Translations under genes and position numbers: made by a program
Assembly (NCBI GenBank): GCA_021613535.1
Contig: CP075494.1
Location: 10,044,001 to 10,108,000 of the forward strand
Length of the DNA: 64,000 bases
From: Adineta vaga
Taxonomy: Eukaryota; Animalia; Rotifera
Direction: 5' to 3'
Part shown: one piece after another, positions 25,803 through 38,809 of the stretch
Numbering within the stretch: the stretch's first letter is position 1
Layout: each line of letters opens with the position of its first letter
The notes under the pieces: generated by a model
What the model was told of the DNA's origin: nothing
Databases searched by the model: none
Seen by the model: the letters and a program-made list of their open reading frames with translations, nothing else

Positions 25803-26265
25803 GACATGAATAAATTAAATAATTGTCTAATGAGAATGAGACATCGTTATAACTTATACTTTTCGGATTTTCTTATCATTTGTTCATTTCCTAACCATTT
25901 ACTTTTTGACAAGAAATATCAGTGAGGACGTTAGTTGTCGCAGACAAAAATCTCTGCACAATTAGCATTTGTATTTTTATAGAAAATAATAGGGATAAGG
26001 TTGATTGAAAGATTTAACGAAACTTTTACTAATTTATGTTTCAATTTAAATATATGATTTGATATTTGAGAAATCATTTTTTATTTCTTCAAGAGAATAA
26101 TCAAACTACTAAGAAGAAGAAGACAACAACGATGTGTAGAACAGAAAAATTGTCATAGAAAGCGAAGTATTTACACAAATGAAAAAGAACGAAGCAGAAA
26201 AGAGAAACATATTCATGTCTTTGGACATCTACTGTATAACAGCATATGTACTGGAAATGATGAAT

Positions 26266-29200
26266 TTAAGGAATGACAACTTTCATTGTTGGTGATACGG
26301 TCGAATCCATTTTTTGTTTCATTGTTGTCATCGTATGTATTGGATTTTTTTTACTTCTTAATCGACCTAAACGATGACTTGGATTTTGAGCATTAGCGCC
26401 AGGCCATTCACAACGTTGATATATATCATCAAATACTAAACCTGGTGGGCAACGCATTTCAACTGCACATTGACTGTCACATTTATAACTAAATAAGAAT
26501 ATGATTGATTAATAAATCAATTAAAATAAAAGATTATAAGTAAAAATCAAATACATACAACCATCCTGACCGACCAGGGATGCCTTTCATTTGTTGAAGA
26601 ATATTAAGACCAACTTCAGTACATAATGATGCACCGCGACATTTACCTCCAGTTGATTCTTTAAATGAAAAACAAGCACGGAATTATGTTGATGATTATA
26701 TTTATCTTTATACCTGAAGCACCTTGAACTGGTGGTTGTGATTGTGGAAACGAAACAATGGGAGTTGTACCAACAGGTGAAAATGGTACTGATGGTATCG
26801 ATGGTATTGATGGTGATGGTTGATAGATTACTAGATAGAAAAATGTTTTCATTAATTAAAGGAGAAAAATAAAACTGATATGCTTACCACTTGGAGTATT
26901 ATCTATGATTGTTCCTTGTCCTTGAGAATTAATAATATTATATGGATTACAAGCAACTTCAGATGGTAAGACACATGAACGTCGTTGTTGATCCCACCAT
27001 AAACCAGCCAAACATTGCATTAATATACCTATGAATACCAATGACAATCGAATTCATTTTTCGTTTGCAATTTATTTTATTTTACCTGCTGACATGCCAT
27101 CTGGACCGACATATGAATCACAAGCATAATATTTCGAACAATCCTTTGGATCTGGTGCATAGCCAGTGGCAGAAAATGATGGACTACAACGAATAGTTGA
27201 TTGACTGACATACCATTGATTCGATTGAACACATGGTTGATAACCAGAGACTGATGCACTGAAACTTGATCCAGCTAAGTAAATAGACAAATGTTTGATT
27301 AGAAAAAATATCTTCTATTCGATTTACCAGTCGAAGGTTGCTGTGGTATATTGACTACATTGTTTGTTGGTGCAGGGTAAAATGTTGGATTCATACTTCC
27401 AACAGGATCTGGTGTAATATTATTCATCACAATAGCAACAGTTGGAACTTGAGCAGATGAACATGTAGCTTCGACAACTTCACGTTGACCAACATTACCA
27501 TTTGGTTGACGATCACGCATAAAAATCGATTTATGAGCAGGACAAGCATAAGCACCTTGTAAATTACATGGCCAATCACAGAAAACATTCTATACATCAA
27601 TACATTATGAAATCTTTTAATAAAATTCAAAAATCATTTTCTTACATCAGCTCGACCTTGTTCATTATGATGACTCCACCAAAGTTGATAGCGATTAGGC
27701 ATTGATGCACAAACAAATGATGATAATTCTCCTGTTTCATAACAATAATGAAAAACATCGCAATAATTTGGATTAGAAAAAAATCCTGTTGTTCCTAATG
27801 GACATGCAAATGTTGTTTGAAAATCTGTTCCCAAAGCGATGTAACCATTTTCAAGCATTGTACTTGTCAATGAGAATTGTTTTCGTTTACTAATACTAAC
27901 TATCTTTGGTCGTAATGTTGTTGCAAGCAAACTTGTATTGAATGCTGATGAATGTCTTGCACGTGGACATGCTGTTCGAGATGTACATGAACGTCTTGAA
28001 ATATCAAAAGCACCTGCATGTGCACCAGGAAATGATGGAACACATTCGAAAACTTTTGCTTCGCCATGTCCTTTTGGACACCAAGCAAACATATTGCAAT
28101 ATTGAGCAGTTATATCCGAAACAGGAAAGAAACCTTCTTTACCACATGGAGAAACAGTTGGTGGTTTAAACATAACTGGTAGGATAACAAATTCTTGATT
28201 GTAGAGAAGTGTTGAACAAGAATAGGATGAAAATCTTGTACAACTTTTCGTATTCAAATCAAAAGTTGCAACACCTTCATTAATACCATCGGTACCTGTT
28301 TGACGACATTGAAATGTTCGTCGTGTACGACCCGAACAAGCATGAAATAAATTACAAAACATTGCATCAGTATGAATACCATCAGTGATACATTCATAAC
28401 CACTTGGATTAACACTTCGAACTTCAACTGCTTCATAATAAGCAATAATCGATGATTGAGCAGCTAAACGTGGTCGTGCATATGAATAACGTCGTGCAAA
28501 TGGACAATTATTATTTAATGATAATGGTACACAATCACTTTCTCGTGCATCATATTGAGATTCGATACAAAGAAATGATCCGGAAAGTTTGGAATTAGTA
28601 CATTCATGAAAAACATTACAATATTTCGGATCAGGCATACGAATTTTAATACCATGAATATTTGGTGGACATGAATAATTTGATGGATTTGGAATATCAG
28701 AATACATAATCATTTGTGGTGGTAAATGCATTGAATGTTCAATTTTTCGATTGAGTGCCATTGAACAACTGGGTCTTTGTTCATAATCTTGTCGAAGTAC
28801 TTGATATGAATCTCCTTGAGTATTTTCATTTGAAATCCATATTGGTTTTTTACATTGAACTTTACATGGCCATTCACATCGAACAACATGATCTAAACCA
28901 CCATAATATTGTGGATTCGTACTATTATAAGTCGTATATTGATATTTCCACCAAAGATCATAGTTTGATGAAGATTGACTGCCAGCTTTGGGACAACGTT
29001 CATTAAAACGATTTCCTGCAACACAACGATAGAAAATATTACACCATTCAGATTCATAATATCCATCAGCACGGTTGACACATGAAAATGAAGATTTAAT
29101 TTCCATTGTTTCATTTACTTTGTGTGTTTCATTTGAACTTTCTAACATTGTATATGACCGAAAAAGAACATTATTAGATGGACGTGCGGTTGTTACTTGT

Positions 29201-32200
29201 GCTGGTCGATAAAAATCATTTGTTGAACATTCATTTGATGCAATGCAATTACCAGTTGCTGATTGAAATACTCCACCGTATGTATTCGTTAAACGATCAA
29301 CACACGCATATAGAATTAATTCGCCTTCTTTACAACCATAAAATAAATTACAATATCGTTCATGTGGAATAATATAATTATCTGTTCCACGACATGGTGG
29401 AATTGGTTTGACACGTTCTTGAATTGGGATTGAACCAAAATTATTCTGTTGTTGTTGTTGTTGTTGTTGCTGTTGCTGTTGAGGCATTTTAAACGGTTGA
29501 AACATTTCACTAGTTCCTGTTGTAAATAATCGACCATAACTAAAAACAGTTTTTGTTCGTGGACATAATGTAGCTAATGGTGCAGCACATTGTCCATTGG
29601 GTTGATAGAAATAAGATGTTGGTTGATTGTTTCCACCTTCCGACATACAAGCATGTAAATGATAATCACCTTGTTGACAGACATGATATAAATTGCAATA
29701 TTGTTCATGTTCAATAACATACGATTGATCATATTTACATGGTAGAACAGATAAATCCGGTAGACGTGTATGATCAATAGATATTGAACGGTATAGTTGT
29801 GTTTGACTTAAATTTATTATACCATTTTGACAATTGGAATTTCGTCGTGAATCACAACGTTCAGCAAATGGATCATAGATACCTTCTTCTTGAGTTTGAC
29901 GATTAAAACACCGAAATGTTGTTGGTGTTGTTTGTGTACCATCACATAAATAGTAAATATTACAATAGTGTCGTGATGTATGTAATTGAAAACCTAAATT
30001 TGTTGAACATTGTAATGAGTCAGGATTACGATCAATTGGAATCGAATCATATGGATAGATTCCACCTAAACATGGTACTTGATCTTTTAGCATACATATA
30101 CCTTGACTACGATCAAAAAAACTATCAACACATTCGAATGTTTGTGTTGGTGGTAAGCCAATTGTTGTACATTCATAATAAACATTACAAAAACGTCGAG
30201 TAGGAAATTTACCCGTTTGTAAACAAATATAATTTGGATCAGGATTTTCAATTAATCTTGACGTTAAACTACGAGGTGATTCGAATGCTTGAGAATTTGA
30301 TGAATAAACAATGGCTTGATTATTTAAAATACCCGTATTAACATTTTGATAACCAGTACATTCATTACTGAATAATAGAGCATTTTCTGTTCGAATTTGT
30401 TCTGAAGTCGATGATGTACCATATACAGAACCAGTGCATTGAATTCGACCTTGAAGATAATGATGATCATATTAAAAATTTGATACATATGAAAGAAAAA
30501 GAAATTTACATGGCCAGTCACATTGTTGAGTTTGTTGATTCCACCAAAGATCATAGGGTGTATTTGTAGCACGTGGACAACGAAAATCTCGACGAGTACC
30601 ACTGACACAACGATGAAACACATTACAATAGCGACTACCGAGGAAAGTACCATCAACTTGACTAATACAACTTGCATCCGAATCAATAGTAAAGGCTCCT
30701 AGAAAAAAATTTCAAATTTTATTACTACAGTCTGATAATTACATCTCGTTCTGACAGAATATGTGTACTATATTGACACCCAATTGATCGATGCAATTCA
30801 AAATATTTAATCTATAGAAACTTACCATCAGCATTTGCTGTTGTTCCATCTGATCCTGGATTTGAACTACCTGATGATGAAGTACTTGTACAAAGTGATT
30901 GTGTAAAAACTGTTTCAGCTTCTTGTTGACTTTCACTAACTGTGGCACCTGAATCAACAACAATTCCACCTGCACTTGAACATCGTCGACCTGTTTCACA
31001 TGGCCAAGTACATGCCGCTGTCTCTTGTGCAACACCTTGAGGTGAACCATGTTGTACCCACCATAATCGTGCACCGCTCGGCATTTTTGCACATAGGAAA
31101 GCACTGGCTATACCTGTATGACAACGATAAAATACATTGCACCAACGACTAGCATAGAAACCATCCTGTTTTCCTATGAATACATAAAAGAAAAACAAAG
31201 TCGATAATGTAAAATGAGGATGAAATGTCATCTAATTTACCAGCACAATTGAATTGTTCACGAGATTGAATAAATATTTTCCATGGTTCTGTCGGTGTTT
31301 CTAAAAATAAACATACCAAGATATTCCTTTGTCATATGATCTTTGTTATCTTACCAGTACTCAACTGCGTTCCGGGTACTGATGGAATTGATTCAATTGA
31401 TGTGTAATATTGATTTGCTGAACAACCATTAGGATTTCTACTAGCAAACTCACATCTAAACAAAGATCAATCGTTAATACACAAGAAAAACAAGTCTTTA
31501 ATCTTTTGCTCTTTTACTTTTGTGTTGCATCATCAAAATAAAATCGTTCTCCAATTTGATTACAACCATACGAACGTTTTTGTTCGCCAGCAATACAAGC
31601 ATGGAAAACATCACAATATCGTGTATCTCTCCAATGTCCATCGATACGTCCTTTACAGTCAAATGGAACATCAACTACAACCTTTTGATTTTGCATTGGC
31701 GGTGGTAAAAGAATAAAATTCGAATGTTTTGTTTGTAAAGTTCTGCCGAATGATACTTTCGTTTCCGATGTATTCTTGTTGTTATTTGAAGTTGCAATAA
31801 AACGTTTTGCTGAACGTTTACCTTGCGCTGTTAAAACTAAACGATCACTACAATTAACTGATTCTTCTGAACGACAATGTGATGAATCAAATACTGTTCC
31901 TTCACGGCATATATAAACTGAAGCATAACCTGATTGACAATTGTAGAAGACATTACAATAGTTTTTATCGTCAATTAAGATATTTGAAATATCGAATGGA
32001 CATTCAGGACGAAGTTCAGCATCATAAACCATCATTGAGGATGAATTCATTCGAGTACCATTGATAAAATCAGATAAACGACGGTAAAGACCTTTACCAT
32101 CACAAGCAACATTAATAGGATAATCACAAATTTTCGATTCCGGATTAAAAAGTAATTGATTTTCACATAAATATTGTTCGTCTTCACCAGTCATTGTACA

Positions 32201-33107
32201 TTTATGATATGTATTACAATACATACTATCAGGATACAAACCTGGATGTAAACATTCATCAGACATAAGTGTATTTTTTGGTAAACGATAATTCGATGCA
32301 TTATTTTCATTTATCATCATCTTTGCTGATCCTTCCACTGAACGATAAAAAGCTTTATTTTTACAATCATCTAGTTCGGGTTGAGCACAAAACATTTTAT
32401 CTGATGAACCCTTTTTGAATACCGTTGGATATGGACACATAAATGGTTGATCAACTATTTTATCATTTCGTGTAATACAAACATGAAATATGTTACAAAT
32501 ATTTGGATCACTAAATTGTTCAATTCGATACGTTTAATGAGTAGTTAGAAGAAAAAAACAGAAACGAATTCCTACCTGAATTTGCCTGGTTGACCTTGTT
32601 CGCATTCAAAGTCTTTATTTGGTGTTGATGAAAGATGAAAGTCAGATACGTTGATAGCAACTTCATTATTGAGAGTACTGCTATGTGTTTGTATCCATTG
32701 AATATAGGTTGTTTCACAACTTTCTTCTTCGATATCTATTTGAAAAGAAAGATATGCTAAAGACATGACAAAACAAAAGAAGAAGAATGCAATAGACAAA
32801 CCTAGACATTTCTGTTTTGTTTTCGAATAGACTTTTGCAATTGGACATACATGTGAATCAACAACATGACATTCCGCGTGAGTACAATTGCATTTATGAT
32901 AAACGTTACAAAATTTCTCATCAAAATGATGAGTCACTGTTGGATAGTTTGTTGCGCCATGTTCTGGACAACGTTTATATGAAATTACTTGATCAGGAAA
33001 ATAGATTGTTATTGCCAAGAAGACATTCAACAAACCTATCAGATAATCGAAAGTGAAATAGAGATATGTGTTCATAGTTACTTACTAATAATCAATCTTT
33101 GCCTCAT
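26266..33107 (-). CDS. Giant secreted protein with ~18 chitin-binding type-2 (CBM14/peritrophin-A) domains
   Basis: ATG at 33107 and a signal peptide after splicing; repeated C-x(n)-CN[VIL][FY][YH]xC-x(n)-C-x(n)-[FW]D-x(4-5)-C modules, e.g. CNTYHKC...CENQLLFNPESKICDYPINVAC and CPPGLVFDDIYQRCEWP; no catalytic domain seen. Confidence 0.85.
29447..29481 (-). repeat. Coding poly-Gln (CAA/CAG) tract
   Basis: PQQQQQQQQQQQNN in a linker of the chitin-binding protein. Confidence 0.85.
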
Positions 33108-35315
33108 TGTATAGAGATCTGTATATCTATGTATGTATGGGATGGGTGTCTTTTAAGAAAGAAAATATGTGAGTGATGATGAACTCAGCTGTCGCTCACT
33201 TTATAGATTGACAAATTGTTGTTTGTCACATCTCTTTTTTCTCTCTATTTCTCTTTCTCTCTCGCTCTCGCTCTCTCTCTCTGTTTCTCCTCCCACCTAC
33301 ATCTTAGTCAACTGAATTCCATTGGTAAAGTCATCAATTTTAATTCACTACCAAATACTCCCAACCAGTTAGCTCTTTCTTTCTCTCTTCTGTCTCTGTC
33401 TCTCTCTCTGTCTCTCGTTCTAAAAATAGAGAAGAGACAGGATTAAAAAGAGCTAAGAAGAATATTGTGTTCTCGATCATATTGCTCTTTGCTCCGTGAT
33501 TTCTTAGGGAGATTGTTACCGACCTTCCGTGTACTTGCAATAATATTGCGTACGTGACGCGTCATCGAGCAATTACACACGAACAGAAAGCTCAAGTTTT
33601 TTTTGCACCCGATCATCTCCAATTACATCACGTTCATCATCACTAGTAGAACGGCGCCGTTTTAATCCGACATTTTCTGTCCGTCGCTTTTTGTTCTTCT
33701 TTGTTTTGATCGATCAAATGTGCTCATAACATACATATACATTTCGTGTTCGATGCTCTGAACACAGTCGATGAATTTCGTGATGTAAATATTGACGAAC
33801 ACAATCTTTTGTAGTACACGTATTCATTCGACCTATCTAATAATCATTTTTCGATGTCAATAACTTGTATGTTCTCAAGTATGAAAAGTTCAGATGTGAA
33901 GGGAAAAGATCCATAAATAAATATAACTTTAGAGAAGTTACTCAAAAGATTGAAATTTAACAAAAGGTTAAAAACCTTGTTCAGCGATATTATCTTTCAA
34001 TAAACTTTATAAAATTATGTTAGACAAGATCATTCGAAGAAACACGAGAAAATGACAGAAGTTCAGATCTTAATTTCGTTCTTGTCGAGGTTAATATTAT
34101 CAATTGTACATATAGATCACTTTTCTTTGTCAATGACATTCTTCTTTAATAACGGATGTCTTTTATTTTCTGATCAATAGAAAGATAAATAACATATTTA
34201 CCTTTTTGTCTACCGACTTTACTCCTTCTTAAATCTTTTCGATATCGGTTACTTAAAAAAAAAGTTTGATCCTTTCGCCTCCTTATTCTTTTGTTCAATA
34301 TTGTTTTCATCCTCATCATGTATACACTTCATTTCAATCTACATAATCATCATTATTATGTTCAAGCTTATGGTTCGATGATTGAAGTCTCAATCTGATG
34401 CAACTGTTTTGATTAAACGACGATATTTGTATAAGATCAATTTCTTACACATGTCATTAGAAAAGATATATATATATATATATAATCAACTGATTAATCT
34501 CTTATGCATATCAAAGAAAGTCAATGAGGAGATGTGTAAGCTTGCTTATCTATTCTTCTTTTACACAACAAGAAGAATAATACTTTGGATTGAAAATAAA
34601 AGCAACTACTATCTTTTGACCTTTTAGTAGATTTGAATTGAAAATTTGATGGTTGATATGTTTATTATTCGTTCACAAAATGAAAATTAAACTAGAATAA
34701 ACATGACTTTTATCTACATAGTTGAATAATAAGAAACAACAAGTGGATGAAATCTAATCTGACTATTATTTTTTCTCTTCTAGGACTATAGTTGAATCGT
34801 TATTAACACTAAAATGTTGAAATAAAATACCACGCTTATTCATTTTCTTTTGCTTTCTATGTTAAATTAATTGAGATTAGTTTTTTTTTGTTAATCATGA
34901 ATCTCATATCAATTTTCATCTTATGTAATGATTTCATATCTAGTTGATTCTTAATCAAAACGAGATCAATGTAAATACAAAGACACACATCTATTTTCAT
35001 AAATAAGTACTAACATGTTCATTATTTGAATATTTACTTAATAAACAGTAGAATGTGCAGAAAGGAAGAAGGTATGATTTATACTATTTGACTCACATAT
35101 TCTTAATTAGTACTTATAAGGAAATGATCCTTCTCGTCTATATTTACTCATTCAAAAGCTGATTAGAATTTCACTGTCTGTTGCATACATGATCTATAAT
35201 CATGTGGAACATGTTGATTGATATTAATAGCAAATAAGTCGAAATTATTTCGATTGTATGTTCGATTAATTTTATTTTTTGATCATCCAAAAAGAGAAAA
35301 GAAGAATACAATATT

Positions 35316-35696
35316 TTAACGTCCATAATAACCATACAGAGGATATCGATGAGATTTTGATAAATACGGTCGTGAATGTCTATATAAAGGTGAGAATGTT
35401 CGAGTTAGTGGAATGTATCGTTGCTGATCTAATAATGCAGCTGTTGTTTCATAAGTTTCATATTCATCTATGTATTGTTCGTCTTCATAAAAATCAGGTT
35501 CTTTGGGAAAGAGAGGTGGTTGAAGAACTGGAAGAAATTGAGGAACACGATTTCTTACTACAGGATGTGGTTGGTGTACAACGGAAGGCTGAGGAACTGG
35601 TGTTCGTATTAGTGGTGCATGGAATTGACCGTGTTGATGTGGAATAGATGGTCTTGGAGGAGCAGGTGCTCGTTGTGGATGACGAACTTGGCGCAT
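35316..35696 (-). CDS. Small Pro/His/Arg/Tyr-rich low-complexity protein
   Basis: ATG at 35696 preceded by a probable 5'UTR intron (gtaag...gtcag, ~35772-35719); GC and codon composition look coding. Confidence 0.55.
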   Translation of the reverse strand: MRQVRHPQRAPAPPRPSIPHQHGQFHAPLIRTPVPQPSVVHQPHPVVRNRVPQFLPVLQPPLFPKEPDFYEDEQYIDEYETYETTAALLDQQRYIPLTRTFSPLYRHSRPYLSKSHRYPLYGYYGR

Positions 35697-37315
35697 TGTA
35701 AGGGAACAACAAACGACTGACAAGAATGAAGGTGTTTTTATAGGAGTAAATTACTTTCGTATTTTTTCTTACCACGTGATGATGGTTTTCGTGTGATAGT
35801 GTCAAAGTTGAGAACAAATATATGTTGTTCATAAGAGGAAAAGCAAAAGTAAATCATGCATGAAATGATCGTTTGAATACACTTTGTATTGATAAATATA
35901 TTGGTATGTTAATTAGAGAAAAAAGTCAATAATATTGCGTTTTCCTGGCGACTAATGATTTGAATTGAAATAAGATAGTTTGACGTCATGTTATTTACAT
36001 ATTTGCGATGAAAAACATAGATGATTTTTCAATTCTTCGATGTTAGTATATTAGATAAGATAGAATCCAAGGAAAAACGAAATTATTCATTCGTGATTGG
36101 AATTTATCGGTTTTCTTTTTGATTGAAAAGATATTTATTCTTTTCATCGATGGTAATCAATATTATTTCGATGAAAAAAATAATGAATGATTGATTAACT
36201 TCATCAGAAATATATTTTTATCACCTAATAGTACTTTACTAACAAATTTAAGCTTGATATACAGTGATTGACTATATAAGCTATATGATCATTCGACTTT
36301 TTGTTTATCGTTAAATAATGATTCATCTATTTTGTTAACAAAAAGATATAGGAAAGAATTTCTATCATAGATCAATTGTATTTACTTATGTATTTTCTTT
36401 CAAAGTATACTATTGAGATCATCAAACGCGTATGGTATTTATCTTACGTTATTTTTTGAAACAAGTCTGTCTCATTGTTCTAATCGTAAACAATAATGCG
36501 TGTGTTTATACCTTAATCTCTACTTGTGGTTTAACTGTACTGTATTGTTCGCAATACATGATTGTATTAATGTATCACGGGAACAAAGTTTGTCCCTGAG
36601 AAGAAAAATACATGCATTGAATTAATAATGAAAAGAACGAGAAATGATTTGAAATTTAGTTCAATTAACTACGCAAAAAAACAAAATTTCACTCTTATTT
36701 TTGTGCGTTAGATTTCAATCATAATTCAAAATGTACCAATCACGTCATTTAAAAGACCTTGTTTTAATTAACACCGAAAAATTTTTGTATTTATCAGATA
36801 TGAACAAACGATAGTAGTAGTTACTCTTTCCTTTTTTTGCGATCAATCGTGATAATTTGAATAACAAAACGAAACAATTTAATTCTCTTGCAAGTGGCGG
36901 CATCAACATAGGGATATCTATCGATCGAGGTCGTTCTTTTGTCTATTGAAATATTTTTATCCATTGGTGAAAAGAAATCAAAATTGCTTGACATAATTAG
37001 AGTTGTTGTTGTTCTGTTGATTTCGAATGAATAAAGATCATCAAGTTTTCATAATCAAAAGATTTTTTTTTATAACTATCACAGCACGATCTTGTTGACA
37101 TAATGCAAAATAGTCCGAGTAAATCTGTGATATTGTTCTTTTTCATGAGAAAAAAAACAAAAATGACGATGCAAAATAAGATATGATTCATACGTACTTA
37201 AACTTCTTAGGTGTATTTACGAACAATCATTGATATTTGCAGATAAATTTTCATACGAATATTTTGTTTTTAGATCAATAGAATGATTTATTTCATATAA
37301 TCCTATCAATTGATC

Positions 37316-38658
37316 ATGTCATATGTGCCATTGCGTTTGAAATATAAAGTTGGTACTCGAGAAAGTCAATTAGCACTGGTTCAAACTGAAAGGTATATTG
37401 TATTCATTAGTTTTACTATTATGTTTTTTTTTTCTTTTTGTTACAGTGTTATCGCTCAACTTCGTACATTCTATCCTCATATTGAATATGACATAATCAA
37501 AATTAAAACGACTGGTGATAAAAATCTTTTAACACCATTAGCTAATATTGGTGATAAAGGTTTATTTACAAAAGAACTTGAATATGAACTTGAGAAACAA
37601 ACCATTGATTTTGTTGTTCATTCGCTAAAAGATGTTCCATCTACAACTTTACCACCTAATATGGTTATTGGTGCAATTCTTGAACGTGCAGATCCACGTG
37701 ATGCTGTTGTGATCGCACCATGGCGTACTGAAAAATCTTTAAATGAATTACCAGCTGGAAGTGTGATTGGTACAAGTTCTACACGACGTATAGCTCAATT
37801 GAAATTGAATTATCCACAATTTTCCTATAAGAATATTCGAGGAAATATGAACACACGTTGGGAAAAACTAACTAATCAAGAATTAGGATATGATGCAATG
37901 ATTGTTGCTGTTGCTGGTTTTCAACGTTTAAATTGGTCGGATCGAATTAGTGAAATAATTGAACCCGAACGAATTCTTTATGCAATCGGTCAAGGTGCAT
38001 TAGGAATTGAATGTCGACATAATGATCAGGACACAATTCGAATGTTATCAGTACTTAATCATGAAACAACAGTCATTCGTTGTATTGCAGAACGAGCATT
38101 TTTAAAACGAAGTATTTATTTGAATTCGAAAGAGAAAAGTTTTTCTCAAAAATGTTTACTTTCTATTCTCTAGTTGAAGGTGGCTGTAGTATTCCAAATG
38201 CTGTTCGAACAGAATATGATGGAAAAAATTTAACGATTAATGGTATTCTATTGAATCTTGATGGTTCTCGTTATGTAAAAGATCAAATTGAAAATCTTGA
38301 TTTAACTATATCTATGACAACACCAATACCAAGTTTTCTTGTTTCACAAGTCGATGAAGATAATTTATCATCAACAGAAGATGAAATACAACCCAATCAA
38401 AAGAATTTAAAACGAAAACGTATTGATTCCGATGCTGAGGATAATAATGAAGTTCGTTCTTCTACTTCATCAATAGAAATTCTAAATCCACCTTTATTTC
38501 GTCATTATGCACATGTTTGTGGTGTTAATATCAATGAAACTATTTTAGAAAATGCTGAAATCTGTGGAACAAATTTAGCTGTGAAATTAATGCAAATGGG
38601 TGCCGATAGTATATTAGAAGAAATTCATCAAAAAGTTACTATCATTTCTACTCAATAA
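37316..38658 (+). CDS. HMBS: Porphobilinogen deaminase, 3 exons
   Basis: VGTRESQLALVQT, TTGD, KGLFTKELE, VHSLKD, GTSSTRR, RGNMNTR, GQGALG, EGGCS (cofactor Cys). Confidence 0.96.
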
Positions 38659-38809
38659 TAGATATTAGTTCTTCTTTTTTTTCATAAAAAATTTTCTTTT
38701 GCCTTCTTTTTATGGATTGAAATTTAGTTGATACGTGCTTGTTTTTTTTTTAAACTTCAAGTATATTTATTTGAAAAACAAAGGAAAAAAACATATCTAT
38801 AGACAATTA

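Noticed and set aside
27900-30686. Many short ORFs overlapping the chitin-binding gene in other frames and strands
   Set aside because: Shadow ORFs caused by codon bias; no motifs. The same applies to most 60-100 aa ORFs in the track.
33230-33420. CT/GA-rich tracts as a repeat element
   Set aside because: Simple low-complexity promoter-type tracts, also seen near 19460, 19975 and 54580
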